IMG/VR virus record: IMGVR_UViG_3300020045_003265
Coordinates: 1-25,478 of that record
DNA: 25,478 nt
DNA from: a virus
Lineage: Duplodnaviria; Caudoviricetes
Reading direction: 5' to 3' (one strand)
How positions within the stretch are numbered: the first letter of the stretch is position 1; every line of letters begins with the position of its first letter. This document shows positions 6,574 to 15,795 of this stretch, in pieces. Under the pieces are notes generated by a model. The model worked only from the letters and a program-made list of their open reading frames with translations. It made no database searches and was not told the origin of the DNA. The position numbers and the translations under genes are program-made.

Positions 6574-6981
6574 TTGTGTATATGTATAAATAAACAGACT
6601 AAGGGGAATATCATAGTATTCAAAGCAAGAAAAGATAATAACGGTGAACTCGATAGTGCGATTAACAAGCTAGGCAGGATTGCTAAGACAGACAAGCCAA
6701 CTAATCGTAGCTTACGTGAGAAGTACACCGTTGAGTTGCTTCGTAAGCTACGCCCATTGCAGTCAGTGAGTATTACAGCAGCAATGAAAGTAATTCAAAA
6801 TGAAGGCTCTAGTTCGCAGAACGTGCTGAAAGCTGCTGCGATGCTAACAGGGCTGTATAGAAGCGTGCTTAATGATGCTTATGGCAAGGATGATTTAGCA
6901 GATGATGAAGCAGAAATGATTCAGGAGGAGAATCAGCCTAGTTTCTCTTTGAGAATGATTAAAAATGATGATACTGAATAA
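6574..6981 (+). CDS. putative terminase small subunit
   Basis: Directly upstream of the large terminase; basic N-terminus, helical core, acidic tail; start uncertain (SD AAGGGG at 6601-6606 precedes ATA at 6613). Confidence 0.55.
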   Translation: MCICINKQTKGNIIVFKARKDNNGELDSAINKLGRIAKTDKPTNRSLREKYTVELLRKLRPLQSVSITAAMKVIQNEGSSSQNVLKAAAMLTGLYRSVLNDAYGKDDLADDEAEMIQEENQPSFSLRMIKNDDTE

Positions 6982-7006
6982 AGTATAGTTAATAGTAAGG
7001 AGTTAA

Positions 7007-8464
7007 ATGGTAACTAGAAAAACAAAAACAATAAAGAAATTACCGACTAAAACTGAAATCGTATTTGCTCCTGCTTCAAATGCTCAATCTGAGTTTCTAC
7101 TTAGCACGAGCTTTTTCACATTGTACGGCGGTGCGGTATTTGCTGGCAAGTCAATGTGTTTACTTGGCTCTTTTCTCCCTATTTGTCATCACCCCGGTAC
7201 AAGAGCTATTTGTATTCGTAAAACAACTAAACAGATCACTGGTGCTGGTTCTCTCTTTGATGCTGCTATTCAGCTTTACTCAAAGGTTGACCCTAAACTG
7301 AAGATTCGTTCAAGGGATATGATTCTCCAGTTCAGTTCTGGAGCTACCATTCAATTCACCTACTTAGATAAACCTGCTGATAGGATGAATTTACAGGGGA
7401 AAGAATTTTCACATATTATGCTAGACGAGTGCCAACAGCTAAGTATAGATAACGTTCTATACGCTGCTTCGCGCCTCCGTTCCACAATAGTTGATTACCC
7501 CTTAAGAATTGTTGCTAGTTGCAATCCAGACGCAGATTGCTGGTTAAGAGAGTGGGTAGAGTTTGCATTAGATGAACGTGGTATTCCTATTCGCAAGGAT
7601 AAATATGACGAGCGCTACTTTGTTAGAACCCAAGCAGGGATGCAATGGTTTGACACCTTATCTGAAGCACAATCATTGTTTGGTACATCTCCAGAAGCAG
7701 GTATAAAGAGCTTTAAGTTCGTCCCGGGTACTATCCTTGATAACCCAATCGGCATGGCCCTTAACAGGGATTACATCTCCACTCTTAAAGCACTTCCAAG
7801 AATTGAAATGGAGCGGCTACTTCTGGGCTCATGGCATGCGCGTGAGAGCGCTAGTGGGTACTTTAAACGTGATTGGGTAACACTTGTAGACTACCCTAGT
7901 GTGCATGCTACAAAGCGTGTAAGAAGCTGGGACTTAGCATCAACACTCCCTAGTGAGGTTAGACCATCTCCAGATGCTACTGCTGGTGTATTAATGAGTA
8001 GAGATAGAAGTGGTGTTGTGACGGTTGAGAACGTTCAACTTATGCGGAATAGGATTCACGAGGTAGAGAAGTTAATCTTTGAAACAGCACACAATGACAC
8101 ACCAGATGTAACTATTACTATTCCACTCGACCCGGGAGCTACTGCTGGAGCTTATTGTAGAGATTTAGCGCGTAGGTTAAGTGAGCAAGGTTTCTACGTC
8201 AAGCTTATTAGACCAGAAAAAGGGAAACTACAAAGGTTCCTTCCTTTCGCTAGTGCTGCTGAAGCTAAATTTGTTAATGTAGTAAGGGCAGAATGGAATG
8301 AGAGTTTCTTTGTTGAATTAGAGAACATGGACTTTACTGCTAAATATCATGATGATCAAGCGGATGGTTGTAGTGATGCTTATTATCAACTAAACAGAAC
8401 TATAGAAATCCCAGCCTTCACCCTCCCCGACCTCTCCACTGCCCCCGCTTTCTCTTTCTCCTGA
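7007..8464 (+). CDS. terL: terminase large subunit
   Basis: Walker A YGGAVFAGKS, Walker B IMLDE, ASCNP coupling motif, WDLA and HDDQADG RNase H-like nuclease motifs; TAAGGAG SD. Confidence 0.95.
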   Translation: MVTRKTKTIKKLPTKTEIVFAPASNAQSEFLLSTSFFTLYGGAVFAGKSMCLLGSFLPICHHPGTRAICIRKTTKQITGAGSLFDAAIQLYSKVDPKLKIRSRDMILQFSSGATIQFTYLDKPADRMNLQGKEFSHIMLDECQQLSIDNVLYAASRLRSTIVDYPLRIVASCNPDADCWLREWVEFALDERGIPIRKDKYDERYFVRTQAGMQWFDTLSEAQSLFGTSPEAGIKSFKFVPGTILDNPIGMALNRDYISTLKALPRIEMERLLLGSWHARESASGYFKRDWVTLVDYPSVHATKRVRSWDLASTLPSEVRPSPDATAGVLMSRDRSGVVTVENVQLMRNRIHEVEKLIFETAHNDTPDVTITIPLDPGATAGAYCRDLARRLSEQGFYVKLIRPEKGKLQRFLPFASAAEAKFVNVVRAEWNESFFVELENMDFTAKYHDDQADGCSDAYYQLNRTIEIPAFTLPDLSTAPAFSFS

Positions 8465-8559
8465 CCCTCTCTGGTCTACCTCCCTATCTCCACATTAGCT
8501 TTACCCTATCACTTCCGATAGTCCATAGCTCTTACCTATCTACCTAAAAGGAACTGCCT

Positions 8560-10059
8560 ATGGCAACCAAGAAACCCTCTATCCCTGTCCCTAAAGGCAT
8601 CGCCACCGGCGGGGCCGCTGTCCCTAAACAAGACCAAACATTACCTTTTAGTTTAGACGAACAAGGCTATCAAGGTTGGAACATCTTCAACGGTATCTCT
8701 CAAGATGAAGTAAAACGTGAGCTTGTTTTTCCAAATTCTGTAAAAGTATTCAAGCAAATGAGTATGCACCCTGCTATTGCAGCACCTCTATCATTGTTTG
8801 ATGCTCAACTAGGTAAATGCGAATGGAAGGTACAAGCACCTGATAATCCCACTAAGAAAGAGCTATCTCAGACTCAGTTCATTCGTGAATGCTTAGATGA
8901 TATGGAACACTCCTTTAGTGACTTTGTTAGGGATGCTGCTAGTGCTAATCAGTTCGGCTTTAGTGTACACGAGAAAGTATTCCGATTGCGCTTACCAGAG
9001 TACGGCTCAATGTACTCTGATGGCAAAGTAGGCTGGAAGAAACTACCTTTACGCAATCAAGAGACTATCAATAGATTCTTGTTCTCGCAAGATGGTAACG
9101 ACATTACAGGCGTTGAACAAGCATTCCCTAGTGGAGACACCTACGGACGCTACCAAGGGCGTACAGACATGCCTAGGCTGTCTCTTGGGCCTAATGGTAA
9201 GGCTATGTTGTTTCGTGTTGGTAAGCATAGAGGTGTGCCTACTGGTGCATCCCCTTTGAGAGATGCTTACATCTCTTGGAGATACCTTACTGAGCTAGAG
9301 CAGCTTGAAGCACATGGTATTGCTAGAGATTTAAAGGGCTTACCTGTCCTAAAGATTCCACCACAGTATATGTCCAATGACGCTACACCTGAACAGAAGC
9401 AGATTTATGATTACTACAAGAATGTACTTCGTAATATGCAGACTAATCAGCAATCAGGTTTAATTCTTCCAACAGCTTTTGATGAAAACAAACAACCACT
9501 GTTTAGCTTAGAACTTCTTAATTCAGCAGGCCAAAAGAGCCATGATATTGATAAAGCTAAGACCTATTACATGAATGCTATTTACACAGCAATGTCTGCT
9601 GATATTTTAATCATGGGTCAATCAGCTACAGGTAGCTTTGCTTTAGGTGCTATTAAGAACTCATTGGTTGGTTCATATTTGGAAAACATGGTTAAGACTT
9701 TGCTTCAAGTTATTAATGATGATTTAGTTAAACAGACTTATGAACTCAATAACTGGGATTCATCTCGTAGATGTAAAGTCTATGCAACTAACCTAGAAGC
9801 TGAAGACTTAGAAACACTCTCTAAAGGACTCCAGAGACTTTCAAGCACCTCATGTATTGAACTAGATCGTGCAGTTCTTAATAGAGCACGTAGAGCAGTT
9901 GGTGTTGATGAATTACCAGATGACTTAGAGCCACAAATGGAATACCTGCCTAACTTTACATCTAAATCAGGTTCTGGTATGAATACTGTTGGTGAAGGTA
10001 CTAGCTTATCTATTAGTGGTGCTGATAATTCAAGCAATAACCTTGATAACACTGCTTAA
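8560..10059 (+). CDS. portal protein
   Basis: Follows terL; 499 aa; GFSVHEKVF, P.G.SPLR.AY..W and GLP motifs typical of DUF935/Mu gp29-like portals. Confidence 0.9.
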   Translation: MATKKPSIPVPKGIATGGAAVPKQDQTLPFSLDEQGYQGWNIFNGISQDEVKRELVFPNSVKVFKQMSMHPAIAAPLSLFDAQLGKCEWKVQAPDNPTKKELSQTQFIRECLDDMEHSFSDFVRDAASANQFGFSVHEKVFRLRLPEYGSMYSDGKVGWKKLPLRNQETINRFLFSQDGNDITGVEQAFPSGDTYGRYQGRTDMPRLSLGPNGKAMLFRVGKHRGVPTGASPLRDAYISWRYLTELEQLEAHGIARDLKGLPVLKIPPQYMSNDATPEQKQIYDYYKNVLRNMQTNQQSGLILPTAFDENKQPLFSLELLNSAGQKSHDIDKAKTYYMNAIYTAMSADILIMGQSATGSFALGAIKNSLVGSYLENMVKTLLQVINDDLVKQTYELNNWDSSRRCKVYATNLEAEDLETLSKGLQRLSSTSCIELDRAVLNRARRAVGVDELPDDLEPQMEYLPNFTSKSGSGMNTVGEGTSLSISGADNSSNNLDNTA

Positions 10060-10135
10060 CACTGCTTGATACAACCTTAAACAGCTTTAATCATTCAATA
10101 TTATTGAACTTAACAGCCTTGACTGTTTAATTTAA

Positions 10136-10164
10136 TTGACAACAAACATAACAAATGATATAAT
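10136..10164 (+). promoter_or_regulatory. consensus sigma70 promoter for the head genes
   Basis: TTGACA-17 nt-TATAAT with TG extended -10; inverted repeat at 10146-10155/10175-10184. Confidence 0.85.
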
Positions 10165-10229
10165 ACAACTATTGTTTGTTATGTCTTGATATAAAATAAC
10201 TATAAGCAGTTTATCAAGCATACAAGATC

Positions 10230-10344
10230 AAACCAACTACTACACAGAACGAGTAGGCTCATTGAGAAATATCGCTCTAGCTAACCTTGATATGTTCACG
10301 TTGTACGAGTGCAATGCTTGTATTACTCATGTAGTAGTTGGTTT
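10230..10344 (+). promoter_or_regulatory. structured 5' leader closed by a perfect 15-bp inverted repeat
   Basis: AAACCAACTACTACA (10230-10244) / TGTAGTAGTTGGTTT (10330-10344), extended by GAGTA/TACTC. Confidence 0.65.
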
Positions 10345-10367
10345 ACCCACTGTTGTCAAGGGACTCA

Positions 10368-10736
10368 ATGATTATTAAAAATATCGCTAAGGCACTAAAT
10401 GAGGAACTCATGCAAGTTACTTATGTAGCTATGCAGGAAGGTGTTGATCTTCATGGTGATGAAACAACACTTGAAGAGATTCGCAAAGCACACCAGTCTT
10501 TTGCTAATTCATTAATGAACACTAATCTGTTCCATGAAGTAATGACGGATTCATTTTCAATTCTTGAATCATATTTAGCTCCTGTTGATATGGTTCTTAA
10601 TGAACACGCAATCCTAAAAGGAACGTGGTTAATGACTTTACAAGTTCACTCTGATGTAGTGTGGCAAATGATTAAAGATGAAGAGATTACTGGTTTATCC
10701 ATTGGAGCTAAAGCCAGTGTAGAAGAACTAGACTAA
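10368..10736 (+). CDS. XkdF-like prohead maturation protease
   Basis: VDLHGD, NLFH, ILESYLAP, KGTWL and W..IK..EITGLSIG motifs; start ATG 10368 after AAGGGA. Confidence 0.82.
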   Translation: MIIKNIAKALNEELMQVTYVAMQEGVDLHGDETTLEEIRKAHQSFANSLMNTNLFHEVMTDSFSILESYLAPVDMVLNEHAILKGTWLMTLQVHSDVVWQMIKDEEITGLSIGAKASVEELD

Positions 10737-10749
10737 ATAAAGGATAACT

Positions 10750-11673
10750 ATGACAGATACAAAAGAACCTATCCAGCGTAAAGCAAAACGCAAACTCTCA
10801 GGGATTGACTTCTCTGATGATACATCCCATATTGCTCTTGTGCATAAAGACCAAGGTGGACCAGCACATGGTTCAGATTTTCAACTTGTGCTTAAGGCTG
10901 CTGGATTCTCCAAAGAGACTATCCTAAAAGCTCAACAGATTCAAGTTACTCTTGATATTCCAGAGTTCCTTCAGAAGTTCTTTGGACTGTACTACACAGA
11001 CTCTCAAGTGCTTGCACAACTAATGGGCTATGTACCTCCTGCTGCAACAGAAGACCCTTGGAGCAGCACTAGCTATATCGATGACCAAGTAGCTTCTTTT
11101 ACTATTCTAAAGAGCTTGCAAAAAGGTAACGTAGTTGAACAACTACAAAAGTTAAGTGAAGTTGAGTACATCCAACTACTTGAAGATCAAGCAATGCTTG
11201 AAGGTGTGTTTAAGCAAGCTATTCAAGCAAAGCCTATCACTAAGAAAACCAAACCATCCCAAAAAGAAACTAAAGGAGAACCAATGACTGTTGAAGTCGA
11301 AGTTAATACTGAAGCTACTGAGTTAGCCGAAGTGATGAAGGCTCTTGATAGCCAGAAAGTTGAACTCAAGAAAGCTCTTGATCAGATTACTGCTTTCAAA
11401 GAAGCTGAAGTACAAGCTATTGTGAAGTCCAAGACTGCACGAGTACAAGCTATTGTAAAGAATGTAGATCATCAAGCTGCAATCGTTAAGGCTTGCCTTG
11501 AGTTGGAATCCGAAGATGACTTTGGAGCTTTCCTAGCAGCCATTCAAGCAATGCAAACCGCTGTTGTATCCGGTGAGATGTTTGTAGAAAAGGGCTTGCA
11601 AAGCTCTGATTCTGATAAACCCACGGAGTCCGCTCTGACTAAATCTGTTAAAGCTCTTGTAGCTGCTAAATAA
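10750..11673 (+). CDS. scaffolding protein with a protease-like N-terminal segment and an internal start
   Basis: Between the protease and decoration/MCP genes; coiled-coil C-terminal half; in-frame AAAGGAGAACCA-ATG at 11284. Confidence 0.75.
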   Translation: MTDTKEPIQRKAKRKLSGIDFSDDTSHIALVHKDQGGPAHGSDFQLVLKAAGFSKETILKAQQIQVTLDIPEFLQKFFGLYYTDSQVLAQLMGYVPPAATEDPWSSTSYIDDQVASFTILKSLQKGNVVEQLQKLSEVEYIQLLEDQAMLEGVFKQAIQAKPITKKTKPSQKETKGEPMTVEVEVNTEATELAEVMKALDSQKVELKKALDQITAFKEAEVQAIVKSKTARVQAIVKNVDHQAAIVKACLELESEDDFGAFLAAIQAMQTAVVSGEMFVEKGLQSSDSDKPTESALTKSVKALVAAK

Positions 11674-11690
11674 AATAATAAAGGAAAAAT

Positions 11691-12086
11691 ATGACTTTGC
11701 TCGCAACTGATACTCCTCGCTTTTCTAACGTAGTTAAGCAAGAACTTTGGCCTGAATCCGGTTACACACGTGCTGTTGTAACTGTTAATGGTCCTGCTGC
11801 TACCTTTAAAATTGGTACAGCACTTGGTAAGGTAACTGCTGACGGAAAGTACCTCGCTGCTATTCAAACTGCTGTTGATGGTTCTGCTGTTGTAGATGCT
11901 ATTGTGATTCGTGAAACAGTAATTCCAGCTACCACTGATACTAAGGTTCTAGTGCTTCTGAAAGGCCCTGCTGTTATTTCTAAAGCTGGTTTGATTCTAG
12001 ATGCTTCTTACAACCTTGACGCTGAAAAAGCCGTTGTCTACGCTAGCCTTGAGGCTAAGGGTATTCAAGTTGATGACGCTGTTTAA
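11691..12086 (+). CDS. head decoration protein (lambda gpD-like)
   Basis: 131 aa immediately before the MCP; GTALGKVTADGKY, DGS and L.AKGI patterns. Confidence 0.8.
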   Translation: MTLLATDTPRFSNVVKQELWPESGYTRAVVTVNGPAATFKIGTALGKVTADGKYLAAIQTAVDGSAVVDAIVIRETVIPATTDTKVLVLLKGPAVISKAGLILDASYNLDAEKAVVYASLEAKGIQVDDAV

Positions 12087-12108
12087 TAAATAATAAAGGA
12101 TAAAAAGA

Positions 12109-13128
12109 ATGACTACTATTCGCAGTTTTGATAATGCATTTGCTGTAACCGACCTTACCGAGCCACTTTCAATCATTCCCAACTCGTGGGGCTTAATTAA
12201 TGAGCTAAACATCTTCCGCACTGAAGGTGTTACTCAACATACTATTAATGTTGAAGTTCAAGAAGGTACTTTGAGTGTTATTGGTGATATGGTTCGTGGC
12301 GCACGTAATCTCCAGAACAAACAAGATAACCGGACTATCCAAGCGTTTAGCATCCCGCACTTCCCACTGGATGATAGCTTGTCTCCAGAAGACTTAGTTG
12401 GTAAGCGGGCTTATGGCGCTGATCGTCAGGATACTGAGTCTGAAGCTGTTGCTCGTAAACTATTACGTATTCGTAAGAACCACGCTGTGACTCTAGAGGC
12501 TGCTCGTGCTTATGCACTAACCAATGGTGCTGTGTACAGCCCTAACGGTACAGTTACTGGCAACTACTACACATCATTTGGTGTTACTCAGAAATCAATT
12601 GACTTCGTTCTAGGAACCGCTACAACTGATGTTGTTGCTAAGACTGAAGAAGGCATCGCTCACGCACAGGATAATTCATTGTCTGGTGATTCTATCAGCG
12701 GTATGGTTGGTTTGGCATCTCCTGAGTTCTTTGCAAAGCTGATCGCCCACGCAACTGTTAAAGATGCCTATCGTTATTTTGCATCCTTGCAAGACCCTCT
12801 GCGTACTCGTTTGGGTGGAAACTCTACGCTGTATCGCAAGTTCAGCTATGCAGGTGTGGACTGGATTGAATATCGTGGTTCTTACAATGGTACTCGCCTA
12901 ATTCCCGTTGGTGAGGCATACCTTGTGCCACAGGGTACTTCTGATTCCTTTATCTCTTATTTCTCTCCTGCTAATAAGATGTCTCTAGTTGGTACTGTTG
13001 GTATGGAAGCATACGCATTCCAGTATCGCGACCCACGCGATGAAGGTATCTTGATTCAGTCAGAACATAACGCGCTTCACTTGGTTCGCCGTCCACAAAC
13101 TGTAATTAAGTGTACTACAAGCAATTAA
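12109..13128 (+). CDS. major capsid protein (lambda gpE-like, HK97 fold)
   Basis: 339 aa; DLT..L.IIPN.WG, F.IPHFP.DD and terminal N.L...RRP motifs of the gpE family; position. Confidence 0.92.
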   Translation: MTTIRSFDNAFAVTDLTEPLSIIPNSWGLINELNIFRTEGVTQHTINVEVQEGTLSVIGDMVRGARNLQNKQDNRTIQAFSIPHFPLDDSLSPEDLVGKRAYGADRQDTESEAVARKLLRIRKNHAVTLEAARAYALTNGAVYSPNGTVTGNYYTSFGVTQKSIDFVLGTATTDVVAKTEEGIAHAQDNSLSGDSISGMVGLASPEFFAKLIAHATVKDAYRYFASLQDPLRTRLGGNSTLYRKFSYAGVDWIEYRGSYNGTRLIPVGEAYLVPQGTSDSFISYFSPANKMSLVGTVGMEAYAFQYRDPRDEGILIQSEHNALHLVRRPQTVIKCTTSN

Positions 13129-13134
13129 TGTAAT

Positions 13135-13156
13135 AGCCTATTAATTTAGGCTTTAT
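13135..13156 (+). terminator. putative intrinsic terminator after the MCP gene
   Basis: AGCCTA-TTAATT-TAGGCT followed by a short T-rich run; second hairpin at 13161-13187. Confidence 0.45.
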
Positions 13157-13309
13157 ATTGTAGGGTATTCTATTATTGAGTATCCTATGCTATAATCTAA
13201 TCTTGCATACTTGGCTGCAACCAAGTTTTACCACAGTGAATACACATGCAGGTGTCTCTAGTTCCTTTGCTAGATAGCTGTGACCTATAACGAATCTTAA
13301 AGGAGATTT

Positions 13310-13906
13310 ATGGATTATTCGAGTGTTGACTGGGAAAGTATAATAGAGTACTCAGAAGAGAGTCCTAGTGGATTAGTCTGGAAAGAAGCAGGCCTAAGTA
13401 ATAGGTCAAGATCAAAGACAAGAAACTATAAATACGCTGGCTGTGCATCTTACTGTGATAGTCTTAAAACTGTACCAAAGTGTTGGTTGATAGGCTATAA
13501 AGGGAAGATTTATAAAGCGCACAGAATAGTATGGAAGTTAATTAGTGGTACTCTAGATGAAGAACTTGTTATAGACCATAAAGATGGTAATCCACTAAAT
13601 AACTGTATTAGCAATCTAAGGCTTGTTCCTAATAAACTCAATAGAACGAACATGAAAATAGCCTCGACAAACAAGACAGGGGTGACTGGTGTTACTCGTT
13701 GTGTAAACAAATCCAACAATAATTATTATGTTGCAAGATGCCAAACAACAAACCCAAACGGAAAGGTTGCAGTCAAGTACTCTCATTTTAGTATTGACAA
13801 ACTCGGAGAAGCAGAAGCATTCCGATTAGCCTGTGAGTACAGAGCGAAGATGATTGAAGAACTAAACGCTAATGGCGCTGGCTACACAACAAGACACGGT
13901 ACTTAA
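13310..13906 (+). CDS. free-standing HNH homing endonuclease with AP2-like C-terminal domain
   Basis: SPSGLVW, KAHRIVW, IDHKDGNPLNN.ISNLR, NKTGVTGV, FSIDKLGEAEAFRLACEYR and YT.RHG motifs; AAAGGAG SD; TGCTATAAT extended -10 at 13188-13196. Confidence 0.92.
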   Translation: MDYSSVDWESIIEYSEESPSGLVWKEAGLSNRSRSKTRNYKYAGCASYCDSLKTVPKCWLIGYKGKIYKAHRIVWKLISGTLDEELVIDHKDGNPLNNCISNLRLVPNKLNRTNMKIASTNKTGVTGVTRCVNKSNNNYYVARCQTTNPNGKVAVKYSHFSIDKLGEAEAFRLACEYRAKMIEELNANGAGYTTRHGT

Positions 13907-13973
13907 ATTAATTCTACAAGGTATTTTAAACAGTACCTTGTGTAATAAAGTTTATCCAAACAAAAGGAACTAA

Positions 13974-14432
13974 ATGGCAAATACAACTGCACTCTGTAAT
14001 TCTTACAAAGCTGAAATCCTAAGTGGTACTCATGCATCTGCTGATGTGTACAAAATTGCACTAATCAAAGCAGGCGCTGCTGGTACTTATGGTGCTGGTA
14101 CTCTTAATGTAGGCACTCCCGGTACTGGATCACCTACAGCATCTAACTTAGGTACTGACGAGGTTGTTGGCACTGGCTACACCTCTGGTGGAGCTACTCT
14201 AGCAGGCTTCTCAGTCACTGAAACTGGTTCAGTTGCTCGTTTGGACTTTACTACACCTTCTTGGAGTACAGCTACTATTAGTGCTACTGGGGGTATTATT
14301 TATAACTCAAGCAAGTCCAATAAGACTGTTGCTGTGTTTGACTTTGGTGGGACTATCACAAGCACTGCTGGTACGTTCACAGCTACTATGCCTGCTGTTG
14401 GTGATGCCACCTCTCTAATCCGTATTGCTTAA
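13974..14432 (+). CDS. putative virion structural protein
   Basis: Gly/Thr/Ala-rich beta protein with GTGYTSGG and DFGGT...AGTF motifs; AAAAGGAA SD. Confidence 0.65.
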   Translation: MANTTALCNSYKAEILSGTHASADVYKIALIKAGAAGTYGAGTLNVGTPGTGSPTASNLGTDEVVGTGYTSGGATLAGFSVTETGSVARLDFTTPSWSTATISATGGIIYNSSKSNKTVAVFDFGGTITSTAGTFTATMPAVGDATSLIRIA

Positions 14433-15619
14433 TGTTACTTCTTACATCTGTAGCTGATATAGTTCGGCTTACAACAAGTGTTGCTACGACTACAATTGAA
14501 GTTCATACGAGTTACATGGATGTAAGCGGAACAAGTATTACACCCGGCAGAACCAACACTTTAATCACTACCGCTACTACTACTAGTATAGTTAGCTCGC
14601 CGCCTATCTCTACTCAAAGGAATGTTAAAGCTATTTACTGCACAAATAACAGCACTGGAACTTCTTGTACTGTTAGTATTGAGCACTTTGATGGTGTTGT
14701 CGCCGTAGAACTTATGTCTTTTGTACTCTTACCCGGTGAGAATCTAGGTTACGGAGAAGACGGATCATGGGTACATAGAGACAGTCAAGGGGCTGAATAT
14801 CCAGCAGCGGGGCTTGGTAACTATGGAGGTAGAAATATTCCGTTCATGAAGACATCAACAGTGACAGATGCTGCTGGTGTTTGGTACTGCACATCAAAAG
14901 ATGCAGGCTATCCCGGTGCATGGGCTGTTGGTGCACCCGGTATAAATGGAAGAATAACTAATGGAACAGCTGCGGCGGACTACGGTTGTATTCCAATTGC
15001 TAATGCAGCCACTGGGGCTAATTATTTAACAGCCTTAGAAATGGCATCAAGTGTTAATCATACGAATGACTTCTTTGATGTTCTTTGGGTAAATAGTGGT
15101 ATTGCGGTTACAACAACTACTCTTCAAGCAATAACAACCCCAACATTACCAGCAAGGGATGTTAATGGAGCTACTGCTGGTGAGGGTTGTACTATTGCTT
15201 TGTTGGTAACAACTGTATCTACAAATGCTGCTGCTAATGCAGGCATTACTGTAACGTACACGAACAGCAAAGGAACTGGTTCCCGTACAGCTAGACTATC
15301 AGCTATAGCAGGTTCACAACTACCCGTTGGTGCAAATATTGGGGCTATGTGCTGGTTTCAACTTGATGCTGGTGATACAGGAGTACAAAGCATACAAGGT
15401 ATTACGCTCACTACGACACTACTAACAGGGGCTGTTTCATTAATGATTTGTAGGGATATAGCCACGATTGGGACTGCCATTGTGAATGTAAGCACGCCGA
15501 AGACAATTGGCTCTCCCGGTATTAGATTATATAACGGTACTTGTCTTTTACATAATATTCTTTGTAGTGCAACAACTGCTACGTTCTTTTCTGGTGGTCT
15601 TGCTGTAATGGAGAAATAG
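14432..15619 (+). CDS. putative structural beta-sandwich (fibre-associated) protein
   Basis: 395 aa, Thr-rich; TAATG overlap; LDAGDTGVQSIQ motif. Confidence 0.6.
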   Translation: MLLLTSVADIVRLTTSVATTTIEVHTSYMDVSGTSITPGRTNTLITTATTTSIVSSPPISTQRNVKAIYCTNNSTGTSCTVSIEHFDGVVAVELMSFVLLPGENLGYGEDGSWVHRDSQGAEYPAAGLGNYGGRNIPFMKTSTVTDAAGVWYCTSKDAGYPGAWAVGAPGINGRITNGTAAADYGCIPIANAATGANYLTALEMASSVNHTNDFFDVLWVNSGIAVTTTTLQAITTPTLPARDVNGATAGEGCTIALLVTTVSTNAAANAGITVTYTNSKGTGSRTARLSAIAGSQLPVGANIGAMCWFQLDAGDTGVQSIQGITLTTTLLTGAVSLMICRDIATIGTAIVNVSTPKTIGSPGIRLYNGTCLLHNILCSATTATFFSGGLAVMEK

Positions 15620-15793
15620 ATGTTGATAATTGGAGTAATAAACAATGTAGTAGATATAGCTGTAACAATAACTCCAGACCAATTGCAGACTTTGACTGAA
15701 ATGTTTCCAGAGCATACCTTCACAGAGCAACAAAGTAATGAAGATATCGGTTGGATTTATGATGGAGTGAAGTTTACTGAGCCAGTGGTGTAG
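15620..15793 (+). CDS. 57-aa tail-fibre-assembly-like small protein (not in the ORF track)
   Basis: GGAG SD; ATG abuts the upstream TAG; C-terminal IGWIYDGVKFTEP matches the GW.YDG..F..P pattern of fibre assembly chaperones. Confidence 0.7.
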   Translation: MLIIGVINNVVDIAVTITPDQLQTLTEMFPEHTFTEQQSNEDIGWIYDGVKFTEPVV

Positions 15794-15795
15794 TT

